A stretch of DNA of 64,000 nt, taken from contig NZ_CAXXYB010000001.1 of assembly GCF_963676625.2 (NCBI RefSeq), positions 85,070 through 149,069 of the forward strand, read 5' to 3'. The notes under the pieces are model-generated. The model made no database searches. It saw only the letters and a program-made list of their open reading frames with translations, and was not told the DNA's origin. This document shows, in pieces, positions 48,536 through 57,982 of this stretch (positions are counted from its first letter, which is position 1; each line of letters starts with the position of its first letter). The position numbers were made by a program, and so were the translations under genes. Origin of the DNA: an uncultured Sphaerochaeta sp. (GTDB taxonomy: Bacteria > Spirochaetota > Spirochaetia > Sphaerochaetales > Sphaerochaetaceae).

Positions 48536-50065
48536 CTATGATTCAAGGACCCGTAAAACTCCAAGAGCAAAGGCAAGAAAAGCCTGCAAAGGAAAACGAA
48601 ATACATCAGATCCAAACTGAGAATTGAGTTTTTGCACACGATATTTAACTGAATTTGTATGAAGATTTAGTTTTTCCGCAGTCTTCGCGATGTTTCCTTG
48701 ACAATCAAGCAAGAAGATAGACAGGGTTCGTTTACTTTCCTCTGATTGTTCAATTGGACGAAGATAGCGGGTCGCTTTATCGATGGAATCCTGCCCTTGC
48801 TTGATACATTCCAGACAATCCTGGGCAAAGGCGATATCTTCGGCGGTATAGAATTTCTTGTCCGGAAAAATTGCCCTGCTGGCTTCCTTGCTTTCCTGAA
48901 TGCACAGATAGGCTTGTCTGACTTCTGTAGTGGTAAGTGTGTGCTGAATGGAAAAAATCTGGCACCCCAGTCCTTCCAGCTCGCGAGCTATTTCTTCTCG
49001 GGCTCCCAAACAATTCCCATCGGTAAACGCAACTGTCTGTTCTTCATAATCGTCACAAACATACGTACTATAGTTTTCCTTCATTATCAGAGAAAGCCTA
49101 TTCTTGTTTTTTTCATGTTCCTTCTCGCCTTCCAAGGGACAAAGCACCCACATCTCCTGCAGTGCAGCAACATCGATATGAAACAATTCCCCGAGGCGAC
49201 GCATTTTTATCGGCTCATCCCTAAGAATAGTCCTGACCATCTCGGCTGAAATGAACTGATTGTGCTGGGGATTCCAGATATTCACGAATAGTTGGACCAC
49301 TTCAACGATTTGCCTGACAACTTCTTTTGAGAAGGGCTCTCCCTCCGTATTGATTATCTGCAAATACATGGCAGGCCCCTTTCCTGCAGTAATCCGCACC
49401 TGATATTTCCACCAGGCTGAGGGAAATGCGTGATTCTCAAGTCCCTGGGCAAGGAGGGCATCCGCACTTTGGGGATAGGCAACGGAGTTGAGGAGTTTGT
49501 TATTCTGGTCGGTAAGCAAGAAACTTGCATGAATGCGATCCCTGAGCAAGGAAAGAAGGGTATCCATGGTTCTCAGATGTTCAGGCAATTGGGTTATCTG
49601 GGTCAATAAATCTCCCGAGAATAACGTTTGTTCCGTCCGGTCCTTGATAATGGCTTCCATTACGGCAGTGATTACCTCACTGTAGCGGTAATTCATGCTT
49701 CCTTCAGGCATGAGAATGAGTGCAATACCATATTCATCGGCAACCTCAACGACCCGAGGATCCAATTTCTTGACAAAGATACCCAGGTAATACAGGATGA
49801 CCCCTACTTCCCCATAATTTGCAAGATACTTGAGAATATTGCACTGGGCATCGACATCATCGCGGATATTGTACCAGCAAGTAATGGCAATTTCACTTCC
49901 TATGAATCGGTTCTTTTCAAAAAACTCATCAAGCAAGGCAGTAGGCTCGGCATATTCCAACACGGATACGGAGGTTACCGATCGTTCCAAGGCTCTTTTC
50001 CCGGCGACCACCTTCGCATCCTTGAGGCAAGACAACTTCAACAATTGTGAAACATGTACACTCAT
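48536..50065 (-). CDS. PucR-family transcriptional regulator
   Basis: N-terminal L..AKVVAG....R.V.SVSVLE and C-terminal TAEKLNLHTNSVKYRVQK. Confidence 0.9.
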   Translation of the reverse strand: MSVHVSQLLKLSCLKDAKVVAGKRALERSVTSVSVLEYAEPTALLDEFFEKNRFIGSEIAITCWYNIRDDVDAQCNILKYLANYGEVGVILYYLGIFVKKLDPRVVEVADEYGIALILMPEGSMNYRYSEVITAVMEAIIKDRTEQTLFSGDLLTQITQLPEHLRTMDTLLSLLRDRIHASFLLTDQNNKLLNSVAYPQSADALLAQGLENHAFPSAWWKYQVRITAGKGPAMYLQIINTEGEPFSKEVVRQIVEVVQLFVNIWNPQHNQFISAEMVRTILRDEPIKMRRLGELFHIDVAALQEMWVLCPLEGEKEHEKNKNRLSLIMKENYSTYVCDDYEEQTVAFTDGNCLGAREEIARELEGLGCQIFSIQHTLTTTEVRQAYLCIQESKEASRAIFPDKKFYTAEDIAFAQDCLECIKQGQDSIDKATRYLRPIEQSEESKRTLSIFLLDCQGNIAKTAEKLNLHTNSVKYRVQKLNSQFGSDVFRFPLQAFLAFALGVLRVLES

Positions 50066-50330
50066 GTTGCTACGCTAGAGAAAGATGGCTGTTTTGTAAA
50101 GGGTTGCAGAATAGGTTTGAAGACAAGAAGATTCGTATGGAGGAGAAATTATTTTCTTATAGGCATAAAACTCAAAGACATAGCATCTTAAATTCCAATC
50201 TCCCGCATTGTATCCATCACTTTCCATCAGATTTGGCAAGAATCAATTCCTGTACATCTTGCCATCGATAATAAGGAAAATGGTTATACTCATCAGCTTG
50301 TTATTTCTGAGGTCATTCATTATTACCCTA

Positions 50331-51614
50331 CTAAACAGGGGAATACTCCAACTTCCGTACGGATTTACTGCCAGCTAGGAAAAATGAAGTAATAAGTACA
50401 AAAACACCCGAGAGGAGAATGAGAAAACCAATGCCCCTTCCCTCGCCTGTACCTATGAATTTTCCGACACTTGAGGCAAGCAATCCACCAGGAAGAAGCA
50501 TCGGGGTGAAGAGATAGTCGGCAAGTATCCCTGCAAGGGCGAAAGCCACCACACAACCAAACTGCGAGATAACCCCGATAATGCCCCAAGCTCTTCCCTG
50601 CACGCTGTTATCCAGATTCTTCCGTATCAATACGTCTACGCATGTATTTATGAAAGGAAGCGTTGCAAAGAACAGGAAACCAGCGATGCAGATCAAAGTG
50701 ATATTTTCTCGCAACCCGAATAAAGCCATGAAGGAACCGGTAAAGAATAATGCAACGGAAAGTGTTCTTGCATACCCTCCCTTCATGCCGATTACCCCGA
50801 TGCCAATACTGGAAACAAGCATTCCGGTTGCACAGATTGTTTCGGCTATTCCGAGTGTTGCGGAATTGGATAAAGCAAGAATCATCGGAGTGGAAAGTAC
50901 TTGGATGAAACTCAGGAAAAAATTGATTACGGAAGTAAGAAGAACCAAAATAAAGATACCTCGATTTCTATGGATTACGGTCCACCCTTCCCTTAGCTCA
51001 GCGAAAAATACACTTTTATGTACTTTTACATGGGAGGTCAGTCCTTTTCTCACGACGGTGGTTACTGACACAGTAACAAAGAAGGTACAGATATCTATGA
51101 CCAGCAACAGTTTGATATCTGAAATTGAGAGCAAGAAGCCTGCCAGAATAGGAGAGATAAGGAATTTTGAGGAGCTTGCCGATTGTACCAGGCCACTTGC
51201 CTTTGCATATTGCTCTTCAGTCAACAAATCGGTAATCGTAGCTTTGTAGGCAGGTTCAAGAAGTGAAGAAAATATTGAGCTTATGGTTACGCCGACATAG
51301 ATTTGCCACAGCTGTACGTCGCCGATAAGCATGCATATCAAGATGAAGATAAGGCCTAGGGCTGAGAGACTATCGCCCAGGATCATGAGCAGTCGTCGGT
51401 CATAGCGGTCTGCAAGAACCCCTGCCGCCGGACCCAGCAAAAGATTAGGCACGAAAGCCAAGAGGGTGATGAAGGCCATAAGAGTGGCACTTCCTGTTTT
51501 CTGGAATACATAGACGGCAAGGCCAAAAGAAGTCAAACCGCTCCCTATTGCTGAAACCAGTTTCCCCGACCAAAGCAAAAGAAATTTTTTAAAGGATTTA
51601 TTGTCTTCGTCCAT
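50331..51614 (-). CDS. MFS transporter (macrolide-efflux-like)
   Basis: GVLADRYDRR motif A, about 12 TM segments, QGRAWG. Confidence 0.9.
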   Translation of the reverse strand: MDEDNKSFKKFLLLWSGKLVSAIGSGLTSFGLAVYVFQKTGSATLMAFITLLAFVPNLLLGPAAGVLADRYDRRLLMILGDSLSALGLIFILICMLIGDVQLWQIYVGVTISSIFSSLLEPAYKATITDLLTEEQYAKASGLVQSASSSKFLISPILAGFLLSISDIKLLLVIDICTFFVTVSVTTVVRKGLTSHVKVHKSVFFAELREGWTVIHRNRGIFILVLLTSVINFFLSFIQVLSTPMILALSNSATLGIAETICATGMLVSSIGIGVIGMKGGYARTLSVALFFTGSFMALFGLRENITLICIAGFLFFATLPFINTCVDVLIRKNLDNSVQGRAWGIIGVISQFGCVVAFALAGILADYLFTPMLLPGGLLASSVGKFIGTGEGRGIGFLILLSGVFVLITSFFLAGSKSVRKLEYSPV

Positions 51615-51635
51615 TCAGATGTATCCTATCGAGGT

Positions 51636-52244
51636 TCAGTTGAACAACTGGGTCATATATGAGAAGCTATTTTTTTCAGCCCCCAGAATTCGTTCCATAT
51701 TGCAGATGAAGGCAGCTATTTTTCTGGCAATATTTCCTTCTGGATGATCAAAGGTCATCTCGGAATAGATAAGCAGCATCTCTGCACTTTCATAGGGAAA
51801 TGGTGTCGAAAACAATCCCTGGGCTATTCCCTCTTCAAGTATCAGGGTGAGTATGGGCGTCACTCCATGAGTTATCGCGTCCAATTGCTTTTTATGCAGG
51901 CGCGCATTCTGGGGGTTATGGATGTGATCCATCACCATCTGGCCCTTCTCTTCATTGAGGTGGAGGGACATCAAGGTACGCAACAATTTTTCATGTACTG
52001 AAAGTGAATCGTCAAGGACAATTGCATTTGCCTTGGACAGCATTTTTGCAATGATCCGTTCGATTATCGCATCCATGATATCTTCTTTTGATTTGAAATA
52101 ATAATAAAGAGTACCTTTGGCTATCCCTACCTTTTCAAGGATGTCCAGCACACTCGTGTTGTCATACCCTTTCTCAAAGAAAAGCTCATAGGCAGCATCC
52201 AGTATCTCATTTCTTCTCTCTTCTGGTTCTTTCAGTACACGCAT
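51636..52244 (-). CDS. TetR/AcrR-family regulator
   Basis: ILDAA.ELF.EKGY..TS..DI...VGIAKGTLYYYFKSKE. Confidence 0.95.
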   Translation of the reverse strand: MRVLKEPEERRNEILDAAYELFFEKGYDNTSVLDILEKVGIAKGTLYYYFKSKEDIMDAIIERIIAKMLSKANAIVLDDSLSVHEKLLRTLMSLHLNEEKGQMVMDHIHNPQNARLHKKQLDAITHGVTPILTLILEEGIAQGLFSTPFPYESAEMLLIYSEMTFDHPEGNIARKIAAFICNMERILGAEKNSFSYMTQLFN

Positions 52245-52261
52245 TGGATTGTCCTTTTCAT

Positions 52262-52286
52262 CTATAGACCGACGGTCGGTCTATAG
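52262..52286. promoter_or_regulatory. TetR operator
   Basis: Perfect 12-1-12 palindrome CTATAGACCGAC-G-GTCGGTCTATAG, 17 bp upstream of the tetR start. Confidence 0.85.
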
Positions 52287-52431
52287 TTATATGATAATAC
52301 TCTACTTTATCAATAGCGTCAATATATCGCTTACCTGCAAAATAGATAATTCTTAACGCAAGCTAGATTCTTCATTCCTATCGGAATGAATTATAAATAA
52401 AATGTATAGAATCCTTTTTTAAAATCAATTT

Positions 52432-55400
52432 TCATATCCTAATTCCATCCAACCACCTCTGCACTACCAGCCTGTCTTCACTATCTATAGTAAAGGTGGG
52501 GTCAGCGGCATAGAGCTTGTCAAGAATAGCTTCCTTGGAGTATGGCGTCTCGCTGGTGGCAAATTGATGCTCATAAAGCCAGTCAGAGAGTATTTGCCTG
52601 TTCTCTGCATTGAATCGCGTCACTGCCTTGGTATCTGTTGCTTCCAACAGGGCGTTTCCGTCCAAGTTATTTTCGCTGACCAGGTCCACTATCTGTTTCC
52701 AGTATTGGGGCTTCCTGCTAAGCTTCAGATCCTCATCTTCAAGATCACTTGCCCTGAGGGTTTTGCAACGACCTTCCCTAGCCAATTTCTGTCCCTTTTC
52801 TAATAAGTCATACCGATGCTTGAGCACGGAATCCTTGGCTCCCAACGTTGTTATTACTTGGCCTATCTGGGTCAAACCACCAAGAAGAAGGTTCTTCAGC
52901 CTCTCGCTGTCAGTCTCCAGATACCAGCTATGCAGTTTTTCTATCGGCTCCCAAAGACTTGGGCCCGGAACCTCACATACTTGGCCATACCGCTCATAGT
53001 CTGCGTCAAAGCTAGGAACCTCAGGTTTCGTATAAGTGAAGATAGGTCGGGGACTTTTATCCAAGGCATATTTTCTTTTCAAGTCATACAAGGCAATTTC
53101 ATGGAAAGACTCCACTTCCAACGATCGTAGCTTCTCTACTTCATCACGTTGTGCCGTGAAGTAGAAAACCTGGCGATCAGTGGCAATTTCCTTGATGGCC
53201 TGGGCGATGGCCATAGCCCTCTTTTCATCACTGTTTGCCAAGAGTTCATCCAGAAAAATAGGAAAATGCAACCCACTCGATAGTTCCAGGGACTCAATGA
53301 ATGCCATACGAACGGCAAACAATAACTGAACCCTCGTACCGCTGGAAAGTTCGTCAAGCTTGAAGGCTTTGGTCTGAACCGTATCAAGGGCAAAGAACCC
53401 CTCGTCGTTTACCGAAAGCGTATATCTTCCTTGGGTAATTCGCTTCATCCACTCGCTGGCTGTTACCAATACTTGTGGTTGATAAACCTTCTGGGCCTGT
53501 TCGGATAACCTTTCGGTCAACAAGCCGATTACATTGGCAAGAGTCTCTTGCTGCCTCAAGACTTCCAAGGCCTGCTCGGCCTCTTTCTTTGAAAGCATGG
53601 CAGTGGCCATCTCCGAGCCATCCAGTAAATGAGCATATTGGTTTTGCAAAGCACCCAGTTTCTGCCTTGCATTTTCCAACTCTCCCAACTGAGTGGAAAG
53701 CGTTTCTATCTGGTCAACAACATCCTCAAAAACCATTTCAGCAGCAAGAGATTCGGCCTTGGAAGAGGTTTTCACCAAATCAGCTTCCTGTCTTTTGCGA
53801 ATTTGCAAATCCTGTCGCGTGTCTCGCCATCGGGGAACTACTGCTGCAACCTCTTGCAAGGTTTTCTCATCATCGAAGGGAATCTCCAGTTTCTTCCAGA
53901 ATTCTTCATAGGCTGAACGTTGTTTTTTCAGGGAAACTTGCAAATCAGCAATACGCAATTCCCTACTGTCAAGAGTTTCTTGCAACTCATGAGCCTTCTG
54001 TATCCGCTTTTTCAAACTCTCGGCATTTCCCTGGAGCGTTGGGATATCACACTCTTGGATATCCAAAATAACTTGCAATTGAGCACGGGCCTTTTCATAG
54101 GCAACCTTGGACAGATTTAAATCGGACTGGGCTACTGCAACTCGTTCCTTTAAATCAGCCCACTTCTTCAAATGCTCGGAAAAATGGAAAAATTCAGCCC
54201 CAAAAAGCGTTGGATTCTCTACTGAAATGCCCAGATCATTGCAGGCCTCTTGCCAAGCTTCTTGCCATCGGCGTAATTTTTCTTGTGATTTCTCCAGATT
54301 TCCCCTGGCAATTTTTCTTGCCTGGTTTCTTGCCCTCACTGCTTGGTTCTCGACCAATTGCCTGCCCAAGGCTGTTTGAAGGGCAAGACAGGCGTCACTC
54401 GACCAAGTGTCTAGGGAAAAATCCTGAAGCGTGGCCAATTCCTGTTCAATCTGGATCTGGAGAGCTTTGAGAGCTTCAGACTTCTGAACCATATCGTTGT
54501 TTTTTTTGGTATTGGGTATCAGCTTCCATAGGATACCTGCCAAAACAAGAAAACCGGGAATTGAAGCAAGAGGATGCAAGAACGAAAGCAACAGAATCAC
54601 CAAAGCTCCCAGCAATCCTGTCAAAATAACTCGTTTTTTGAGGTTCTTCGGAACCACAGATCCCATAGGAGTAGCTTCCAGTTCATTATAAGATTTCATC
54701 CAATCTCCGAGCCGGACGGACAAAGAAGAAAGGCTTGCATCATTTGCAGTTTCTTGTTCGGGTTTTCCCAAGGAAGCTTCATAGTCTTGCCCGGAAACAA
54801 CTGCAATACGAAGTGGCTCGCAGGTATTGGCAAGATTCTTCAACACTACAACCATATCCTTGAGCTTTTGTGGCTGCGGAACCTTTTCCACGATCCAGGA
54901 ATGTTGTACTTCCCACTCCTGCAAGGCTACAGTTTCTTGTTCCCAGGACCTTTGGCTGGTTTCAACTTGGTTTTTTGCATTTTCCCAGTTCGTCAACGAG
55001 GATTGAAGTTTTTCAGGTAACGAAACATCATCATATTGGGTTTTGCTGATTGCACAGGCTTCATAGAGCTTTTTCACCCTTTCTTGTTCATTCAGTTCTT
55101 TTTCCAGATCTGATGCTTTCCCTTCGACCAGTTCTCTCAATTCCTGCAATCTGGCAGGCGATTTTTCATCTACCAAAGAGACCTGACTGGGAAAAGAAGC
55201 CATCAGGTCTTCCAAATTCTGGATTTCCCTCCTGGTTTCCAGAATTTGCTTGGCCTGTTCCAGTTCGGTTTTCTTCTTGCGAAGCGTTGCACCTGAATTG
55301 ACCGATTCTTCCAGTTTGGCAATATCCAGGGTAATATCCTTCTGACTTTCCTGCTGGATAGTAACAATTTTCAAGGCCTCAAGGGATTCTCGCAGATTCT

Positions 55401-55887
55401 TGGAGGCTTTGTTGGAAGCGTTTGTCCACGTACGTTTTCCTCTGACCTGGTTACAAGCAAGTTGAAGGTCAACACCGCCCTGCATGTCTTTCTTTACCTG
55501 GGCAAGAAAGGTTTCCCCTGTCTCCTTGGTTTGCAACAAGACATGAAGAGGAAACCAATAACTATCACTAAGATCATTGGACCGACCAGGCAAGGGCGTG
55601 GTTTGGTTATCAAGAAGACGAGTCTGTTTCAGTACGCCTTGATCAAGTTTTGCCATCCAAGGACCTTCCGGGGATTCCAAGGTTCCTTCCGCTTCTATAT
55701 TAGCAGACCCTTTTCGCTCCCAAAGAAGGGCACACAAGGACTTGGAAAGACTGGATTTCCCGACACCATTCGGGCCCCATATTACATTCAACCCATCAGT
55801 CAAATCCTCAATAGGAGGAAATTCTCCCACTCCAAAACCAGGGGTTCGCTGCAAGACAACCTTCTTGATCCAAATTTTTTTGCTCAT
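52432..55887 (-). CDS. YhaN-like SMC/Rad50-type coiled-coil ATPase
   Basis: Walker A GPNGVGKS, long coiled coil with a central hydrophobic hairpin, LSSGT signature, FLDE Walker B. Confidence 0.85.
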   Translation of the reverse strand: MSKKIWIKKVVLQRTPGFGVGEFPPIEDLTDGLNVIWGPNGVGKSSLSKSLCALLWERKGSANIEAEGTLESPEGPWMAKLDQGVLKQTRLLDNQTTPLPGRSNDLSDSYWFPLHVLLQTKETGETFLAQVKKDMQGGVDLQLACNQVRGKRTWTNASNKASKNLRESLEALKIVTIQQESQKDITLDIAKLEESVNSGATLRKKKTELEQAKQILETRREIQNLEDLMASFPSQVSLVDEKSPARLQELRELVEGKASDLEKELNEQERVKKLYEACAISKTQYDDVSLPEKLQSSLTNWENAKNQVETSQRSWEQETVALQEWEVQHSWIVEKVPQPQKLKDMVVVLKNLANTCEPLRIAVVSGQDYEASLGKPEQETANDASLSSLSVRLGDWMKSYNELEATPMGSVVPKNLKKRVILTGLLGALVILLLSFLHPLASIPGFLVLAGILWKLIPNTKKNNDMVQKSEALKALQIQIEQELATLQDFSLDTWSSDACLALQTALGRQLVENQAVRARNQARKIARGNLEKSQEKLRRWQEAWQEACNDLGISVENPTLFGAEFFHFSEHLKKWADLKERVAVAQSDLNLSKVAYEKARAQLQVILDIQECDIPTLQGNAESLKKRIQKAHELQETLDSRELRIADLQVSLKKQRSAYEEFWKKLEIPFDDEKTLQEVAAVVPRWRDTRQDLQIRKRQEADLVKTSSKAESLAAEMVFEDVVDQIETLSTQLGELENARQKLGALQNQYAHLLDGSEMATAMLSKKEAEQALEVLRQQETLANVIGLLTERLSEQAQKVYQPQVLVTASEWMKRITQGRYTLSVNDEGFFALDTVQTKAFKLDELSSGTRVQLLFAVRMAFIESLELSSGLHFPIFLDELLANSDEKRAMAIAQAIKEIATDRQVFYFTAQRDEVEKLRSLEVESFHEIALYDLKRKYALDKSPRPIFTYTKPEVPSFDADYERYGQVCEVPGPSLWEPIEKLHSWYLETDSERLKNLLLGGLTQIGQVITTLGAKDSVLKHRYDLLEKGQKLAREGRCKTLRASDLEDEDLKLSRKPQYWKQIVDLVSENNLDGNALLEATDTKAVTRFNAENRQILSDWLYEHQFATSETPYSKEAILDKLYAADPTFTIDSEDRLVVQRWLDGIRI

Positions 55888-57131
55888 ACAGTTTCGCCTT
55901 CTATATTCTTCAGCATGGAACGCAATAGGATCATCCCTGCTTTTTGTACCAGCTTTTCAGGAGTGTCTGTCATATCCGGTCCTGCAACATTCCTCAATTG
56001 CTGAAATGCTGGTAAATTATGACTTTTTTCTTCGATGTCCCTCACTTCATCCAACAACCCTGGAAGAGTATCCATAGCAAGAAGTTGTTTCGCCAACAAG
56101 GCAATGGGGCCCACTCCCTGGGCCAGACTTTTCAGGTCTACCTGAAAGGTCGTAGCATCATCAAAGGAATCCAGTGCATAGGCAGAGCAACCTTCCTCAA
56201 GAGGAATTACAAGTTCTTGCAAGTTCTCGGGAGTCAGGGAGTTTTGGAGTTCAAAACCAAGGGGAACAGTTCCTGTGAATGCAAGTTTGCAATAAAGGTC
56301 TCCATTGAACAGTGAAGCTAGTTTTGAAGATGCTTTCTCCCGCATGGCTTTTGTAATATATTCCGGCAATTCTTCCAAAGAGGTTATTCCCTCCAAGGAA
56401 ACTTCACAGTTGCAAAATAGCCAGGGAGACAGCTGGATAAACTGTGGATCTTTCCAGGATTTCTCTCCCACTGTTTCCAACAACCAGATTCCATGTTCCT
56501 CTGTTTCAGATGAATCCAGAGCAAAGGGAGAACCACAATAGAAAGCTGCTTTGTTATTGATTAGCTTCTTTGCGTGAATATGCCCAAGCACCCATAGGGG
56601 AAGATTGGTGCCTTCAAATTGATTTGAGGGTACCGAGGCATATTTTCCGGCAAGTGGGCCATCGACATCACAGTGGAGCAACCCAAGACAGGGTCCTGCA
56701 AAAGCAGACAGACTTGGGTCAAATGAATCAAGGGGATTTGCAGCATAGACGCTTTGGGGGAAGGACCATCCAATAAAACGAACTCCGTTGTAATCGATAT
56801 GGTCCCAAGTTCCCTTGAGTCCGAGCAGATGGACCTGTTTCTCTTCCTTGGCAAGCCTGGGAAAAATATTTGCATCATGGTTCCCTGCTACGGCAAAGAC
56901 CTCGATACCTGCTTTCTTGAGATTTTCCAAACCCTTTACCAGAGGGCCATATGCCTCAAACCAGGCATTGTCCTTCTCAACGATATCACCTGATAACACC
57001 AAGGCATCGACTTCCAAGGCAATGGCTTTCTCCACGATTGCGTCCCAACCGACATGACCATTCAGATTCTGACGTCCTTGAACGGCAGGAATCCTACCAA
57101 TATGTATATCTGAGCATGCGATAATTCTCAT
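55884..57131 (-). CDS. YhaO/SbcD/Mre11-like metallophosphoesterase nuclease
   Basis: SDIHIG, SGD, AGNHD, LLH, LGHIH, YCGSP; ATGA-coupled to the ATPase gene. Confidence 0.9.
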   Translation of the reverse strand: MRIIACSDIHIGRIPAVQGRQNLNGHVGWDAIVEKAIALEVDALVLSGDIVEKDNAWFEAYGPLVKGLENLKKAGIEVFAVAGNHDANIFPRLAKEEKQVHLLGLKGTWDHIDYNGVRFIGWSFPQSVYAANPLDSFDPSLSAFAGPCLGLLHCDVDGPLAGKYASVPSNQFEGTNLPLWVLGHIHAKKLINNKAAFYCGSPFALDSSETEEHGIWLLETVGEKSWKDPQFIQLSPWLFCNCEVSLEGITSLEELPEYITKAMREKASSKLASLFNGDLYCKLAFTGTVPLGFELQNSLTPENLQELVIPLEEGCSAYALDSFDDATTFQVDLKSLAQGVGPIALLAKQLLAMDTLPGLLDEVRDIEEKSHNLPAFQQLRNVAGPDMTDTPEKLVQKAGMILLRSMLKNIEGETV

Positions 57132-57427
57132 GAGACCTTCCTTTTTGAAACCAATAGGTGTTCGTCAGTTCGCAAAACGACAGCCTGTAATGGTTCTACC
57201 ATACCACAAATCTGTCATTTTTGTGATTTCAAACGAAAATCAAGGAAAAATAATTACTCTCGATTATAAATTATAAAGCCAAATGATTTCGGATATACAT
57301 AATTTAAAAGAAATCAATTAGGGAAAAACTCAATAAATATATTTTTTTTACGGTAAGTTAACTTTAAGACCAGATTCTTCACTTATTATGGAGTTGTTTG
57401 CCTCAAATTTTCCTTCATATCAATCAA

Positions 57428-57456
57428 TTGACAATTGCTTATACGTATGCTACCGT
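57428..57456 (+). promoter_or_regulatory. Sigma70-like promoter of the RRM gene
   Basis: TTGACA-N17-TACCGT with a TG extended -10. Confidence 0.5.
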
Positions 57457-57622
57457 CAAATTGCTTTAATTTTTTGAGTTGCAGCTAGTCCGTTACCCTA
57501 TCTCATGAATGTACGTATTCGTTACTGAATCCCTTTCGCAGACAGGTTAAAATGTTCAAGACTGCGCCAAATAAGGCAATAATTTTTTGTACAGGCAAAA
57601 TAGCCTGTGAAGGATGCTTTTA

Positions 57623-57901
57623 ATGGCAAAGAAAATCTATGTTGGTAACATGAGTTACAACACCTCCGAAGAAGAACTTCGGGACCTGTTCGCACAGTAC
57701 GGTACCGTACTTAGTGCAAATATCATCATTGACCGCGAGACCCGTCGCCCCAAGGGGTTCGGTTTCGTAGAAATGGAAGAGGATTCCGCAGCTGAAGCTG
57801 CTATTTCCCAGCTTGATGGCAAGGATCTGGATGGCCGTAACCTTCGTGTCAACGAAGCAATTGCAAAGCCCCGTCCTTCATACAACAACAACCGTTACTA
57901 G
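57623..57901 (+). CDS. RRM RNA-binding protein
   Basis: RNP2 IYVGNM and RNP1 KGFGFVEM. Confidence 0.96.
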   Translation: MAKKIYVGNMSYNTSEEELRDLFAQYGTVLSANIIIDRETRRPKGFGFVEMEEDSAAEAAISQLDGKDLDGRNLRVNEAIAKPRPSYNNNRY

Positions 57902-57945
57902 TTCTCGGTTGGAGTACGATCGGAAATCCATGATTCAGTAACGTA

Positions 57946-57980
57946 GCGGAGCCAGCAATGGCTCCGTTTATGTTTTTTTC
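57946..57980 (+). terminator. Terminator after the RRM gene
   Basis: GCGGAGCCA-GCAA-TGGCTCCGT followed by a T tract. Confidence 0.75.
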
Positions 57981-57982
57981 AG

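Noticed and set aside
57484-57495. GCTAGTCCGTTA, identical to part of the SpCas9 tracrRNA nexus
   Set aside because: The match is only 12 nt, with no anti-repeat, cas gene or array nearby, so it is most likely chance.
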